Below, piece by piece: positions 1-10,433 of a stretch of DNA of 64,000 bases. The translations under genes were made by a program, and so were the position numbers. Source of the stretch: Gemmatimonadota bacterium (GTDB lineage Bacteria; Gemmatimonadota; Gemmatimonadetes; Longimicrobiales; RSA9). Numbering within the stretch: position 1 is the stretch's first letter; every line of letters starts with the position of its first letter. The stretch is from the NCBI GenBank assembly GCA_007126035.1, contig SLCC01000010.1, forward strand, positions 9,141 to 73,140, written 5' to 3'. The notes under the pieces are model-generated. The model was not told the DNA's origin and did not search any database. It was given only the letters and a program-made list of their open reading frames with translations.

Positions 1-2
1 GG

Positions 3-2615
3 GTCCGCGAGCGTGGCAACGTGATTGCCCAGATCCCGGTGGCGGAGATGGACCTGGCGCCCATCACCACCATGTCGGACGTGCTCCAGGGTCGCAGCGC
101 GGGCGTGGTGGTGCAGACCTCGTCGGGCACCACGGGCACGGGCGCCCGGATCCGGATCCGGGGCTCGGCCAGCGCGTCGCTGGGGAACCAGCCGCTGCTG
201 ATCATCGACGGCGTCCGGATCAACGACTCGCCCCAGTCAATGTCCATCAGTGTGGGCGGGCAGAGCCCGTCGCGCCTGGAGGACCTGAACCCTGAGGACA
301 TCGAGAGCATCGAGGTCCTGAAGGGCCCCGCAGCCGCCGCCTTGTACGGCACGGCGGCGGCCACGGGCGTGATCCAGATCACGACCCGGCGCGGGCGTGC
401 GGGCCCTGCGCGGTGGAACGCCTTCACTGAGGTGGGCCTGCTCCACGAGCGGAACGAGTGGCCGCCCATGTACCAGCGGGTGACCGCCGGCGGCTTCGCC
501 TGCCCCCTCATGTTCGAGGCTGTGGGCTGGTGCGAGCCGGTGGAGACGCTGATCTGGAACCCCCTCATGGATCGGGCGGAGGGTCACGGCGTGAGCAACC
601 CGGAGCTGGGTCCTGCCAGCCCGTTCCGTGATGGTGACCGTCAGAAGTACGGCCTGAGCGTGTCCGGCGGCACCGAGACCGTGACATACTACCTGTCGGC
701 CGAGACCGAGGACGAACGCGGGATCTATCGGAACAACAACCTGGACCGGACGTCGTTGCGCGCCAACCTCCAGGCCGAGTTGCGGGACGACCTGAACGTG
801 ACGGTGACCAGCGGCTGGACCACCAGCGACCTGGCCCTGCCCTGGTCCGACAACGGGCCCGGCCCGATCCCGGACGCCCTTACCGGGACGCCGAGGGACG
901 ACCCGGTGCGACGGGGCTACTCACTGGTTGCTCCCAGTGAGATGGCCCTTATCGACACCCGTCAGGGACTGAGCCGGCTCATCGGCAGCTTGAACGTCAA
1001 CTACCGACCCCTGGACTGGCTCAGCCTCGTGGGCATCGGCGGTCTCGACCTGGTGAACCGCCATGACAGCGAGACAATCCCGCCGAACACCATACCCCAG
1101 GGAGCGCTGCCCGAGGGTCTCCGTCAGTCGAACCGGATCGAGATCAGCAACTACACGGCCAACCTAACGGCCACGGCATCCCGGGAGCTGACGGACAGGA
1201 TCCTCTCAACCTCATCAGTGGGAGCCCAGTATCACCGGGAGGTCTTCCGCGGCACCTATGCCCTGGGCTGGCAGTTGCTGGCGGGGACGGGCTCGCTGGG
1301 CGGCACCCACGCCCGGTTCTCCGTCAACGAGGTCAATCAGGACGTCATCATGGTGGGCGCGTACGCTCAGCAGCAGCTGGGCTTCGACGACCGCGTCTTC
1401 GTGACGGCCGCGCTCCGCGGCGATGACAATAGCGCCTTCGGCGCCGACTTCGGCCTGGTCTGGTACCCCTCCCTCAGCCTGTCGTGGGTCATGAGCGAGG
1501 AAGAGTGGTTCCCCCGGCTGGACTTCCTCAACTCCGTGCGGCTCCGTGGCGCCGCCGGCCGGTCAGGCCTCCGGCCCGGGTTCCGTCAGGCCATCACGTT
1601 CTTCAATCCCGTGGCCGCCACCTTCGAAGGTGCGCGAGACGCGCCCGGCTTCACTGTGGGCGGCGTGGGTGACCCGACGCTGAGCCCCGAGATCTCCACC
1701 GAGATCGAGACGGGCTTCGACCTGGGCATGTTCAACGACCGGCTCGGTCTCGAATTCACGTATTACGACAAGACGTCCCGCGATGCTCTCGTGGCCCGGC
1801 GCCTGGCACCGTCCCTGGGGATGGCGGCCACCCGCTTCGAGAACATCGGGACGGTGGTGAACCGTGGCGTCGAGGTCCTGGCCAACGCACGAGTCATCGA
1901 CGGTGACAACCTCCGCTGGAACGCGCGTTTCTCGGTCGGGACCAACAGCAACGAACTGACGGAGATGGATGGCGACCCCATCATCTTCGGCCTGGCCTCG
2001 GGCCAGCAGCACCGCGAGGGCTGGCCCCTGGGCGGCTACTGGCAGACGCCCTACGAGTTCGAGGACCTGAACAACGACGGCATCATCGACTTCACCGAGA
2101 TCACGTTCCCGCGTGACACCATGGAGTTCGCCGGGCAGCCGATCCCCACGAGGAACATCTCCTTCGGCACCGACCTGACGCTCTGGAACATGGTCCGGAT
2201 CTCCGGCCTGCTGGAGCACCAGGGCGGCCACACGTTGTGGGCCGGCAGCGAGGAGTGGCAGTGCGTGTTCCTGCTCTGTCAGGACCTGCACGATCCCGAC
2301 ACGCCCCTGGACCGGCAGGCCCGCGGCGTGGCTACCTACTGGCACTTCAACTGGTGGGGCTACCTCGAGGATGCCAGCTTCACGAAGCTCCGCGAGCTGT
2401 CGCTGACCTTCATGGCGCCGGACACCTGGGCCCAGCGCTTCCGCCTCGATGGCATGAGCCTGACCCTGTCCGGTCGTAACCTGGCCACCTGGACCAACTA
2501 CACGGGCATGGACCCGGAGGTGAACTTCGCCGGCCAGGCCAACTTCACGACCGCCGAGTTCCAGAGCCAACCACCCATCCGGCACTGGACGGCTCGGGTC
2601 AACGTGAACTTCTGA
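3..2615 (+). CDS. susC: SusC/RagA-family TonB-dependent receptor (5'-truncated by window edge)
   Basis: Plug motifs RIRIRG..S, PLLIIDGVRI and LNPEDIESIEVLKGPAAAALYG; C-terminal Phe (VNVNF). The frame is open back to position 3, so the real start lies upstream. Confidence 0.93.
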   Translation, partial: VRERGNVIAQIPVAEMDLAPITTMSDVLQGRSAGVVVQTSSGTTGTGARIRIRGSASASLGNQPLLIIDGVRINDSPQSMSISVGGQSPSRLEDLNPEDIESIEVLKGPAAAALYGTAAATGVIQITTRRGRAGPARWNAFTEVGLLHERNEWPPMYQRVTAGGFACPLMFEAVGWCEPVETLIWNPLMDRAEGHGVSNPELGPASPFRDGDRQKYGLSVSGGTETVTYYLSAETEDERGIYRNNNLDRTSLRANLQAELRDDLNVTVTSGWTTSDLALPWSDNGPGPIPDALTGTPRDDPVRRGYSLVAPSEMALIDTRQGLSRLIGSLNVNYRPLDWLSLVGIGGLDLVNRHDSETIPPNTIPQGALPEGLRQSNRIEISNYTANLTATASRELTDRILSTSSVGAQYHREVFRGTYALGWQLLAGTGSLGGTHARFSVNEVNQDVIMVGAYAQQQLGFDDRVFVTAALRGDDNSAFGADFGLVWYPSLSLSWVMSEEEWFPRLDFLNSVRLRGAAGRSGLRPGFRQAITFFNPVAATFEGARDAPGFTVGGVGDPTLSPEISTEIETGFDLGMFNDRLGLEFTYYDKTSRDALVARRLAPSLGMAATRFENIGTVVNRGVEVLANARVIDGDNLRWNARFSVGTNSNELTEMDGDPIIFGLASGQQHREGWPLGGYWQTPYEFEDLNNDGIIDFTEITFPRDTMEFAGQPIPTRNISFGTDLTLWNMVRISGLLEHQGGHTLWAGSEEWQCVFLLCQDLHDPDTPLDRQARGVATYWHFNWWGYLEDASFTKLRELSLTFMAPDTWAQRFRLDGMSLTLSGRNLATWTNYTGMDPEVNFAGQANFTTAEFQSQPPIRHWTARVNVNF

Positions 2616-2625
2616 GCAAGAGGCC

Positions 2626-4071
2626 ATGATGAATACACCACAGAACACCAAGACACCCAGGCGCCGGCGCGGCCGGCGCTGGCTGGGCGCAGCCGCATTG
2701 GCGCTGCCCCTGCTGGGCCTCGCCGCCTGCGACCTGGACCGTCTACTGGACGTCGATGATCCCGATACGCTTCTGCCAGAAGAGATCGTCGACCCGCTCA
2801 TGCTCCCGGCCATCCGGGCCAGTGCCCTGGGGGACTTCACGCTGGCATACGCGGGCGCGCCCATCGGCGGCGGCGGCACCGAGGGCATTGTCCTCATGGG
2901 CGGACTCATCTCCGATGAGTTCAGGCACAGCGGCACCTTCGATACCCGTGAGGTCCTCGACCGGCGTATCACTATCGAGACCAACGCCCACGTACAGGGG
3001 CTGTTCCACCTCCTCCAGCGGGCGCGGGTCTCCGCCGAGCGATCGGCGGGCCTGTTCGGCGAGTTGGGGCCGAACCAGCTGGGTCACGCCGAGGCCTACA
3101 ATCTGGCCGGGTACGTATACTCGATGCTGGCCGAGAACTACTGCTCCGGTATTCCATTCAGTGAGCTGAGGCCAGACGGCACCATGGACCACGGTGAGCC
3201 GGAGACGACCGTCCAGGTCTTCAACCGTGCCATCGCCAGGTTCCAGTCCGCCCAACAGGTGGCCGCTACCGGCAACCTGCCGCAGCAGCATTACCTGGCG
3301 CAGCTCGGGATCGCACGGGCCCAGCTCGGGCTCGGACAGTACGATGCCGCGGCAGCCACGGCCGCCGGCGTGCCCACCGATTTCGAGTACCTGGTCTGGC
3401 ACTCGGAGACGTCAGCGCGCCAGAACAACGGCATCTGGGCCATGAACAACAATGCCGGCCGCTGGTCGGTTGGCAATGCCGAGGGCATCAACGGGCTGCC
3501 GTTCCGTGCGGAAGGCCGGATAGACGGCGACGTCCGCGACCCGCGGATCCCCAGCATGCACATCGGCGCCGCCCAGCGGACCACGCTCCGGCCCGACGAG
3601 CAATGGGGCCAGCTGAAGTATCCCAACCGACCGTCGCCCACGGTCCTGGCCACCGGGATCGAGGCGCGCCTCATCGAGGCGGAGGCAGCACTGCGAGCCG
3701 GGCAAGTCGACCTGTTCGTGGAGCTGCACAACTACCTGCGGGCCAACGTGCCGCTGGAAGCCCAGATTGGTTTCGAGCTCCAGGCCCTGGATGAGGACGA
3801 CATCGAAGCCATGAGCCAGCGCGAGCGCGAAGACCTCCACTTCAAGGAGCGCGCCTACTGGCTATGGCTGACCGGGCGGAGACTGCCTGACCTGCGCCGG
3901 CTCATATGGGACTATGGGCGGCAGCAGGACGAGATCTTCCCCATCGGCACCCACCACCGTGGTTCGACCTACGGCTCCGACACGCACGTGCCGGTGCCCT
4001 TCGACGAGCGCAACAACCCGCTCTTCGATGGCTGCTTCACTCGTGACGACCACGCCGGCAGGCACGGCTGA
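2626..4071 (+). CDS. susD: SusD/RagB-family surface lipoprotein
   Basis: Lipobox LAAC; motifs LISDEF, EARLIEAEAALR, ERAYWLWLTGRRLPDLRR and PVPFDERNNP; starts 10 bp after susC. Confidence 0.9.
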   Translation: MMNTPQNTKTPRRRRGRRWLGAAALALPLLGLAACDLDRLLDVDDPDTLLPEEIVDPLMLPAIRASALGDFTLAYAGAPIGGGGTEGIVLMGGLISDEFRHSGTFDTREVLDRRITIETNAHVQGLFHLLQRARVSAERSAGLFGELGPNQLGHAEAYNLAGYVYSMLAENYCSGIPFSELRPDGTMDHGEPETTVQVFNRAIARFQSAQQVAATGNLPQQHYLAQLGIARAQLGLGQYDAAAATAAGVPTDFEYLVWHSETSARQNNGIWAMNNNAGRWSVGNAEGINGLPFRAEGRIDGDVRDPRIPSMHIGAAQRTTLRPDEQWGQLKYPNRPSPTVLATGIEARLIEAEAALRAGQVDLFVELHNYLRANVPLEAQIGFELQALDEDDIEAMSQREREDLHFKERAYWLWLTGRRLPDLRRLIWDYGRQQDEIFPIGTHHRGSTYGSDTHVPVPFDERNNPLFDGCFTRDDHAGRHG

Positions 4072-4106
4072 TCGGCGCTGAAGCAGGGTCATCCCCGAGA
4101 TGACTC

Positions 4107-4137
4107 GAGGGGGGAGGAGCACCGCTCCTCCCCCCTC
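4107..4137. terminator. Strong hairpin between convergent susD and dps
   Basis: GAGGGGGGAGGAGC-acc-GCTCCTCCCCCCTC forms a perfect 14-bp stem; no clear U tract. Confidence 0.6.
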
Positions 4138-4206
4138 ACGCTGTCCAGTGCGGCCGCCGCCACCTTCAGGCCGCGACCGTCACCAGCTGGACCCTCCGGA
4201 AATACC

Positions 4207-4671
4207 TCAGCCCCAGGCCCCCGCCGACTGCTTCTGCCAGGCCTGTAGCATCCAGATCTCCTTCTCCAGGCCGTCCCGGACCCCGTCCAGCAGGTTAGCC
4301 GTACCACGGTCCTCGGCCGACTCAGCCGCCTCGATCACCTCGCCTGCCTTCACGTGGAGCAGGCGCAGGTCGGCCACCACCCGCTCGACCATGGCGCCCG
4401 CCGCCGGGATCGTCTCGTCCTCCTCCAACCCCGCGGCCTCCAGCAGGGTCTTGAGCGTGTGCAGCGGCACACCGCCAACCATCAGGATGCGCTCGGCTAT
4501 CTCGTCGATGGTGCCCGCCCAGCTATCGTAGATCTCCTCGAACTTGGCGTGCAGCTCGAAGAAATGCCGACCATCCACGTTCCAGTGGTAGTGGCGCAGC
4601 TTCTGATAGAATACCGTCGAGTCCGCCAGCAGTCCGTTCAGTCCGTCTACTACCTGCTGATTATTCGCCAT
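4207..4671 (-). CDS. dps: Dps DNA-protection/mini-ferritin protein
   Basis: Ferroxidase motifs HYHWNVDGRHFFELHAKFEEIY and DEIAERI; C-terminal EKEIWML. Confidence 0.95.
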   Translation of the reverse strand: MANNQQVVDGLNGLLADSTVFYQKLRHYHWNVDGRHFFELHAKFEEIYDSWAGTIDEIAERILMVGGVPLHTLKTLLEAAGLEEDETIPAAGAMVERVVADLRLLHVKAGEVIEAAESAEDRGTANLLDGVRDGLEKEIWMLQAWQKQSAGAWG

Positions 4672-4697
4672 TGTTCCTCGCTATGGTTTCTGATCCT

Positions 4698-5801
4698 TCA
4701 ATCACTCGCCGTCGGCGGCCGCACCACCGGCGAGACATCGGGTAGAGGCGTACGCTCCGTGTGCGGCGGCAATATCGGATACTCGATCACCGGCTGACGG
4801 CCCGTCAGGGTACCCATGAACTCCGTGATCAACACCGCCTCTTCCGGGCTCAGCTCCCGGCCCAGCTGGGCAACCCCCATCACCACTATCGCTTCCTGCA
4901 GGTCCCAGATCGAGCCGGAATGGAAGTACGGCGGCGTCAACGCCACGTTCCTCAACGTCGGCGCCTTGAACACGAACTCGTCCTCCACCGTCAGCGTCAC
5001 CTCGTAACGGCCACGATCTTCCGGCGGCAGGATGTCGGCGCCCGGCCGCTCCACCACACCGAAGGGATGGTAGCTCTGCGCGCCCAGGTTGATACCGGCG
5101 TGACACGCCGCGCAACCCGTGTTGATGAACAGCGCCAGCCCCTCCTGCTCACGCTCCGTCAGCGCCCCGACCTCGCCCTCCAGAAACCGGTCGAACGGGG
5201 CACCGGGAGTGATCAGCGTAGCCTCGAATGCCTCGATGGCACGCGCCACGTTCGTGAACGTCACCGGCTCCGGGTCATCAGGGAACGCCGCCTCGAACGC
5301 CTCCACGTACTCGGGGATGCTCAGCATCGTCTCCACCACCCGCTCCGGCGTGCTGGCCATCTCCACCGCGTCTTGGATCGGGCCCTTCGCCTGCTCCGCC
5401 AGGTCCTCCGCACGGCCATCCCAGAACTGGGCAATGTTGAACACCGCGTTGAATACCGTGGGCGAGTTGCGAGGGCCTCTCTGCCAACCATGGCCCACCG
5501 ACGTCTCCAGCAGGTCCACTCCCGCGAGACCAACGTTGTGACACGTGTTGCAGCTTATCAGCCAGCTCGATGACAGACGGGGATCGAAATACAACATCTT
5601 CCCCAGCTCGATCTTCTCCTCCGTCAGCGGATTGCCAGGAAGATCCGGCGGCGTCTCCGGGATCACGTCGAACAGCTGGTTCAGCATGTCCATGTCCAGG
5701 CCAGCCGCCAGCTCCGCCGGCGCATCACGCTCCACATCGCAGCCCCAGAAGGCCGCCACACCCGCAACCATCAACACCGAACCAAAGCGACGCGTTCTCA
5801 C
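4698..5801 (-). CDS. ccp: Di-haem cytochrome c peroxidase (probable lipoprotein)
   Basis: Haem motifs CNTCH and CAACH; LGKMLYFDPRLS, RNSPTVFNA, QFWDGRA, FKAPTLRNV and PYFHSGS; GTG start with GGAGG RBS. Confidence 0.93.
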   Translation of the reverse strand: MRTRRFGSVLMVAGVAAFWGCDVERDAPAELAAGLDMDMLNQLFDVIPETPPDLPGNPLTEEKIELGKMLYFDPRLSSSWLISCNTCHNVGLAGVDLLETSVGHGWQRGPRNSPTVFNAVFNIAQFWDGRAEDLAEQAKGPIQDAVEMASTPERVVETMLSIPEYVEAFEAAFPDDPEPVTFTNVARAIEAFEATLITPGAPFDRFLEGEVGALTEREQEGLALFINTGCAACHAGINLGAQSYHPFGVVERPGADILPPEDRGRYEVTLTVEDEFVFKAPTLRNVALTPPYFHSGSIWDLQEAIVVMGVAQLGRELSPEEAVLITEFMGTLTGRQPVIEYPILPPHTERTPLPDVSPVVRPPTASD

Positions 5802-6062
5802 GATACCTCCTCTCGTTGGACCAACCGTGCCAGATTACAGCCGCTCCACCCCGGACGCGGTAGGGTTTTCCCTGATTCCCGCCATAGTCGAAACCCTTAC
5901 AACCCCTCCCCTCCGGGCTTGACCGGCACCCTGCCCCTGCCTTGAGGCGCAGGCCGGCGCGGTGGAATCCGGGCGCGGAACGGCGGGGTCAGCATGGCAC
6001 GGGCGCGGGCGAGGGCGCGGGATTCGAGAAGCGATGCCGCCCCGCCGGTCAGGATGGCTCGA

Positions 6063-6083
6063 AGTTCTCAGTTCTCAGTTCGC
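6063..6083. repeat. Short heptamer tandem AGTTCTC x2 plus AGTTCGC
   Basis: Read directly in intergenic DNA; resembles the GAGTTCG heptamers at 29870-29932. Confidence 0.45.
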
Positions 6084-6222
6084 CGTCCCATCCCGCCGTA
6101 GTCGACAGGGGGGGCACGACCCGCCATTATTCACTGTTCGCGGCACCTGGCTCTGGCTGCGCGCTGCCGGGGCAGGTTGTCCGACAGTCCATGCCCATGC
6201 GCTAAGACATACCTTACAGCCC

Positions 6223-7917
6223 ATGAAATTCTGGACCGCGCAGCTCTCTGATTTCGCGTCGGGGGCCGGGACCCGTCGGAACTTGAGGATGATCCTCAAG
6301 TTCGTGGTGGCCCTCGTGGTGCTGGTCACCACCTATACCATCCTCTTCCAGCTGATCATGGCCTGGGAGGGCCAGGTCCACAGCTGGGTGGCGGGGCTGT
6401 ACTGGACACTGGTCACCATGTCCACGCTGGGATTCGGGGACATCGTGTTCCAGAGCGACATTGGGCGCGTGTTCTCCATGGTGGTCATCCTGTCCGGCAT
6501 CCTCTTCCTCCTCATCGTGCTCCCGTTCACGTTCATCCAGTTCTTCTACGCGCCGTGGCTCGAGGCGCAGAAGCGGATGCGCGTGCCCCGGAGCGTGACT
6601 CCGGAGGTGAGGGGACACGTGATCATGGCGATCCACGAGCCGGTGGCCATGGCGCTGGTGGAGCGTCTCGAGCTCCGGGGCGCCACCTACTGCGTGATCG
6701 AGCCGGACCTGCGCACGGCCCTGGCCTTTGAGGACCAGGGGCTGAGCGTGGTGCTGGGCGAGCGCGACGATCCCGAGACGTACCGTCGGCTAGGCGCGGA
6801 CCGGGCGGCCATGGTCATCGCCAACGACAACGATTTCATCAACACGAACATCGCCTTCACCGTCCGGGAGATGGACGAGCGGGTGCCGGTGGTGGCCTTC
6901 GCCCGGGACCCGGAATCGGTGGACGTCCTCCAGCTGGCCGGTGCCACGCACGTGCTGGAGCTGGCGGAGATGCTGGGCCGGTCCCTGGCCCGCCGTACCC
7001 TGGGCGGCGAGTTCCGGGCGAACGTCATCGGCGAGTTCGATGAGCTGGTGGTGGCGGAGGCACCGGTGACCGGGACGCCCATGGTGGGCAAGAACCTGGG
7101 CGAGGGGTGGCTCCGCCGGACCACTGGGTTGACCGTGGTGGGCGCCTGGGAGCGAGGCCAGTTCATCGTGCCGGGCCCGACCACGGAGATCCATGACGCC
7201 ACCGTCCTGGTCCTGGCCGGCTCGCGTGATCAGCTCGAGCTGTTCGAGGAGCTGACGGCCATCTACGTGGTCTCGGACGCGCCGGTCCTCATCCTGGGCG
7301 GCGGCCGCGTCGGCCACTCGGTGGCCGCCGGTCTCCGGGAGCGAGGCATCAGTTACCGCATCGTGGAGAAGGATCCCACGCAGGTAGACGACCTGGAGCA
7401 CACGGTGGTGGGCAACGCCGCCAGCATCGAGACGCTGGTGACGGCGGGGATCCAGGAGTCGCCTACAGCGGTCATCACCACCGCCGATGACGCCACGAAC
7501 ATCTTCCTCACCAACTACTGCCGCCGCCTCCGCCCCGATATCTCCATCGTGAGCCGGGCAACGCTCGAGCGGAACGTGTCCACCCTGCACCGGGCCGGCG
7601 CCGACTTCGTCATGTCCTACGCCTCCATGGGCGCCAATGCCATCACCAACATCCTGGAACGGGGCGACGTGGTGATGATCGCGGAAGGACTGGACATCTT
7701 CCGGACCCAGGTGCCCCGGCTGCTGGCGGGCCGGAGCCTGCGGGAGTCGGGCATCCGGGAGCGGACCGGCTGCCACCTCGTCGCCTGGCGCGACGGTGAC
7801 GGCATGGCCATCAACCCTTCGCCCGACCGGCCCATACCCAGGGGTCCCCATGCCGAGCTGATCCTGGTAGGCACCACCGAAGCGGAGCAGGAGTTCATCC
7901 GACGCTTCAGCCGGTAG
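6223..7917 (+). CDS. 2-TM potassium channel with tandem RCK (TrkA-N/TrkA-C) domains
   Basis: Pore motif TLVTMSTLGFGD between two TM helices; two RCK pairs (second has ILGGGRVG). Start placed at ATG 6223 because the longer ORF N-terminus looks non-coding. Confidence 0.88.
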   Translation: MKFWTAQLSDFASGAGTRRNLRMILKFVVALVVLVTTYTILFQLIMAWEGQVHSWVAGLYWTLVTMSTLGFGDIVFQSDIGRVFSMVVILSGILFLLIVLPFTFIQFFYAPWLEAQKRMRVPRSVTPEVRGHVIMAIHEPVAMALVERLELRGATYCVIEPDLRTALAFEDQGLSVVLGERDDPETYRRLGADRAAMVIANDNDFINTNIAFTVREMDERVPVVAFARDPESVDVLQLAGATHVLELAEMLGRSLARRTLGGEFRANVIGEFDELVVAEAPVTGTPMVGKNLGEGWLRRTTGLTVVGAWERGQFIVPGPTTEIHDATVLVLAGSRDQLELFEELTAIYVVSDAPVLILGGGRVGHSVAAGLRERGISYRIVEKDPTQVDDLEHTVVGNAASIETLVTAGIQESPTAVITTADDATNIFLTNYCRRLRPDISIVSRATLERNVSTLHRAGADFVMSYASMGANAITNILERGDVVMIAEGLDIFRTQVPRLLAGRSLRESGIRERTGCHLVAWRDGDGMAINPSPDRPIPRGPHAELILVGTTEAEQEFIRRFSR

Positions 7918-8161
7918 CCCGAAGCCCGAGCTCCGAGAGGCTTACTCCTTCGTGGCCGGGGTGGGCGTCCCCGTCTACGTCACCCTCTACCTCCCCATTC
8001 CTCCACGGCCCGTGTCTCAGGAGACTGTAGCTGCATCGCCTCTTGGAACCCCTGCCCGCGCCCGTGCCCCTGCAACCCTTGACCCGGCCGCTCCGCGCCC
8101 GGATGCCACCGCTCCCGAGATGCTCGGCCACGACCTTCACCGACGGCAACCGGCACCCCAC

Positions 8162-8176
8162 TGGCATCGCACTTGC
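8162..8176 (+). promoter_or_regulatory. sigma54-type promoter
   Basis: TGGCATCGCACTTGC (GG-N10-GC) about 50 bp upstream of ATG 8228. Confidence 0.65.
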
Positions 8177-8227
8177 CCTATCCAACTCAGCGGCCGGAAT
8201 CCACCGGCCCTGACGGAGGGGCTATCA

Positions 8228-8431
8228 ATGGTTGAGACACAGGGAAGTCAAGCAGGCAGCGGCAACGGGCGAGGGGGACTGTACGCGTTGCTGGCCATCA
8301 TCATCGTCCTGATCATCCTGGCCATCGTCCTGTTCCTGCCCCGCGCAGACGAGCCGCGGGATGTGGAAGCCGACATCGAGATCGAAGCACCCGAGACGCC
8401 AGAAATGCCCGACGCGCCGCGGCCATTGTGA
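8228..8431 (+). CDS. Small single-pass membrane protein with acidic Pro-rich tail (67 aa)
   Basis: GGAGG RBS; hydrophobic helix LYALLAIIIVLIILAIVLFL; coding-like codon usage. Confidence 0.75.
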   Translation: MVETQGSQAGSGNGRGGLYALLAIIIVLIILAIVLFLPRADEPRDVEADIEIEAPETPEMPDAPRPL

Positions 8432-8625
8432 ACGATCCGGACGGCGGGGACGGGGCGGGCCGGTAGCGCCCGGCGCCGGAACACCAAGACATGGCTCACG
8501 GCCAGGTCTTCGGCGTCCCGCCGGCAGGTCGCGCAGTGCCCCCGTCGATTATCCGGCAGGCGGACCGGACCCGGTAGCGCGCCGCGCGGGGCGCCGGCGT
8601 CGCACCGGGTCCGACGCCGCGTGGC

Positions 8626-10212
8626 TCAGCTACCCCCCGGGATGGGGATGAACATGGGCGAGCCTGGGCCCACGGGGATGGCGAAGACCACGAACACGAT
8701 CAGGATCACCATCCACACCAGCAGGAAAGCCACCGTGTAGGGCAACATGGTGGCGATCACCGTGCCGATACCCGCCTTCTTGTCGTAACGAGTGACGAAG
8801 GCCACGATCAGGGCGAAGTAGGTCATCATCGGCGAGATGATGTTCGTGGTGCTGTCGCCGATCCGGTACGCGGTCTGGGTGATCTCGGGGCTGTAGCCCA
8901 GCAGCATCAGCATGGGGATGAAGACCGGTGCCATGATGGCCCACTTGGCCGAAGCGCTGCCCATGAAGATGTTGATGAATCCCGATACAACCACGAACGC
9001 CAGTAGCAGGGCCACCGGCGGCAGGTCCACGCTCCCGAGGATGTTAGCTCCCTGGACGGCCACGATCAGGCCCAGGTTCGTCCAGTTGAAGTAGGCCACG
9101 AACTGGGCGGCGAAGAAGACCAGGACCATATACACGCCCAGCGTCTCCATGGCCTTGCCCATCCCCGCCATCACCTGCGAGTCATTGGTGTAGGTGCCGG
9201 CTCCCACGCCGTAAGCGATCCCCGGCACCGCACCCACGATGAAGATCATGGCCACGATCCCCGACATGAACGGCGAGCGGAGCAGGTCGCCTGTGACCGG
9301 GTCCCTGAGCCAGCCCGCCCCGGGGATGGAGCCCATGGGCAGTGCAGACCAGACCAGCAACAGGACCAGCACGACCATGGATACGAGCGCCCACCGCAGA
9401 CCCCGTCTCTCCTCGCGTGTCAGCGGCCGCAGCTCTTCCGGTTGCTCATCGCCGGTGTACCTGCCCAGCCGCGGGACCACTATCTTCTCCGTCACCCACG
9501 TGCCCATCACCGCGATGAACGGGACCGAGGCCACCATGAAGTACCAGTTGGCCGCAGGGTTCACCTCATAGGTGGGATCCACGATGGCCGCCGCCTCCTC
9601 CGACAGACCGGCCAGCAACGGGTCGATGGTCCCGAGGAACAGGTTCGCGCTGTAACCGCCCGAGACGCCGGCGAATGCCGCCGCCAGGCCAGCCAGCGGG
9701 TGCCGGCCAGCGGCCAGGAAGATAGCGGCAGCAAGTGGGACGAGCAGCACGTAGCCCACCTCGCTCGCCGTGTTGGACAGCACACCCGCCAACACGATCA
9801 CGAACGTCAGCAGCCGCTTCGGCGCCGAGATGACCAGCAGCCGGAGAGCCGTCCCGATCAGGCCGCTCCCCTCCGCGATCCCGATCCCCAGCATGGCCAC
9901 CAGCACCGCGCCCAGCGGCGCGAAACCGGTGAAGTTCGGGACCAGGTTCGTCAGGATCCGGTGTAACCCGTCAAGGCTCATCAGGTTGACCGGCCGGATG
10001 TCCTCGAGTGTACCCGGGTGCGTCACGACCAGATTGAACTGGGCGGCGATGAACGACGCGATGATGACCAGGAATGCCATCCCGGCGAACAGCGTACCCG
10101 GGTGCGGCAGCATATTGCCCACACGCTCGATCATTCCGAGCGAGCGAGCTATCCAGTTGTCGCGCTTCGGTACAACCGGCTTTTCTTCCAGCCCCTGTGG
10201 CAACTCCGTCAC
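8626..10212 (-). CDS. abgT: AbgT-family transporter
   Basis: [45 protein letters not shown] and [14 protein letters not shown]. Confidence 0.93.
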   Translation of the reverse strand: MTELPQGLEEKPVVPKRDNWIARSLGMIERVGNMLPHPGTLFAGMAFLVIIASFIAAQFNLVVTHPGTLEDIRPVNLMSLDGLHRILTNLVPNFTGFAPLGAVLVAMLGIGIAEGSGLIGTALRLLVISAPKRLLTFVIVLAGVLSNTASEVGYVLLVPLAAAIFLAAGRHPLAGLAAAFAGVSGGYSANLFLGTIDPLLAGLSEEAAAIVDPTYEVNPAANWYFMVASVPFIAVMGTWVTEKIVVPRLGRYTGDEQPEELRPLTREERRGLRWALVSMVVLVLLLVWSALPMGSIPGAGWLRDPVTGDLLRSPFMSGIVAMIFIVGAVPGIAYGVGAGTYTNDSQVMAGMGKAMETLGVYMVLVFFAAQFVAYFNWTNLGLIVAVQGANILGSVDLPPVALLLAFVVVSGFINIFMGSASAKWAIMAPVFIPMLMLLGYSPEITQTAYRIGDSTTNIISPMMTYFALIVAFVTRYDKKAGIGTVIATMLPYTVAFLLVWMVILIVFVVFAIPVGPGSPMFIPIPGGS

Positions 10213-10433
10213 ATGCTTCTCCTTGTGCTGTGCTCCGATCAGGCCCAGAAGAATATCGTCAGGCCCAAGCTGGGGATATCGGCGATGACCCTACATGCAT
10301 GTGTGGCGAAACGTGGGAGCTTTCCCCACGAGCCCGACGGGGGCGCCTCTCCGCCCACCACGCGGGCCAGGCCCCGCCCGTAGCAGCAGGGTCCTGTCTC
10401 TCCGACGCTGGTGCTCCAAGGGCGCTGGTGATT

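Noticed and set aside
5817-5832. TGGCACG upstream of ccp (and CGGCACG upstream of mgtE near 11875) as sigma54 promoters
   Set aside because: The -24 box is good, but there is no GC at the required -12 position, so they were excluded from the candidate regulon.
5962-6222. N-terminal extensions in the ORF track (also 24467-24889, 33843-34181, 50319-50453, 56232-56384 and 59066-59251)
   Set aside because: They are low-complexity Arg/Gly/Pro-rich sequence or overlap neighbouring genes. Downstream ATGs have better RBS, signal peptides or stop-start coupling.
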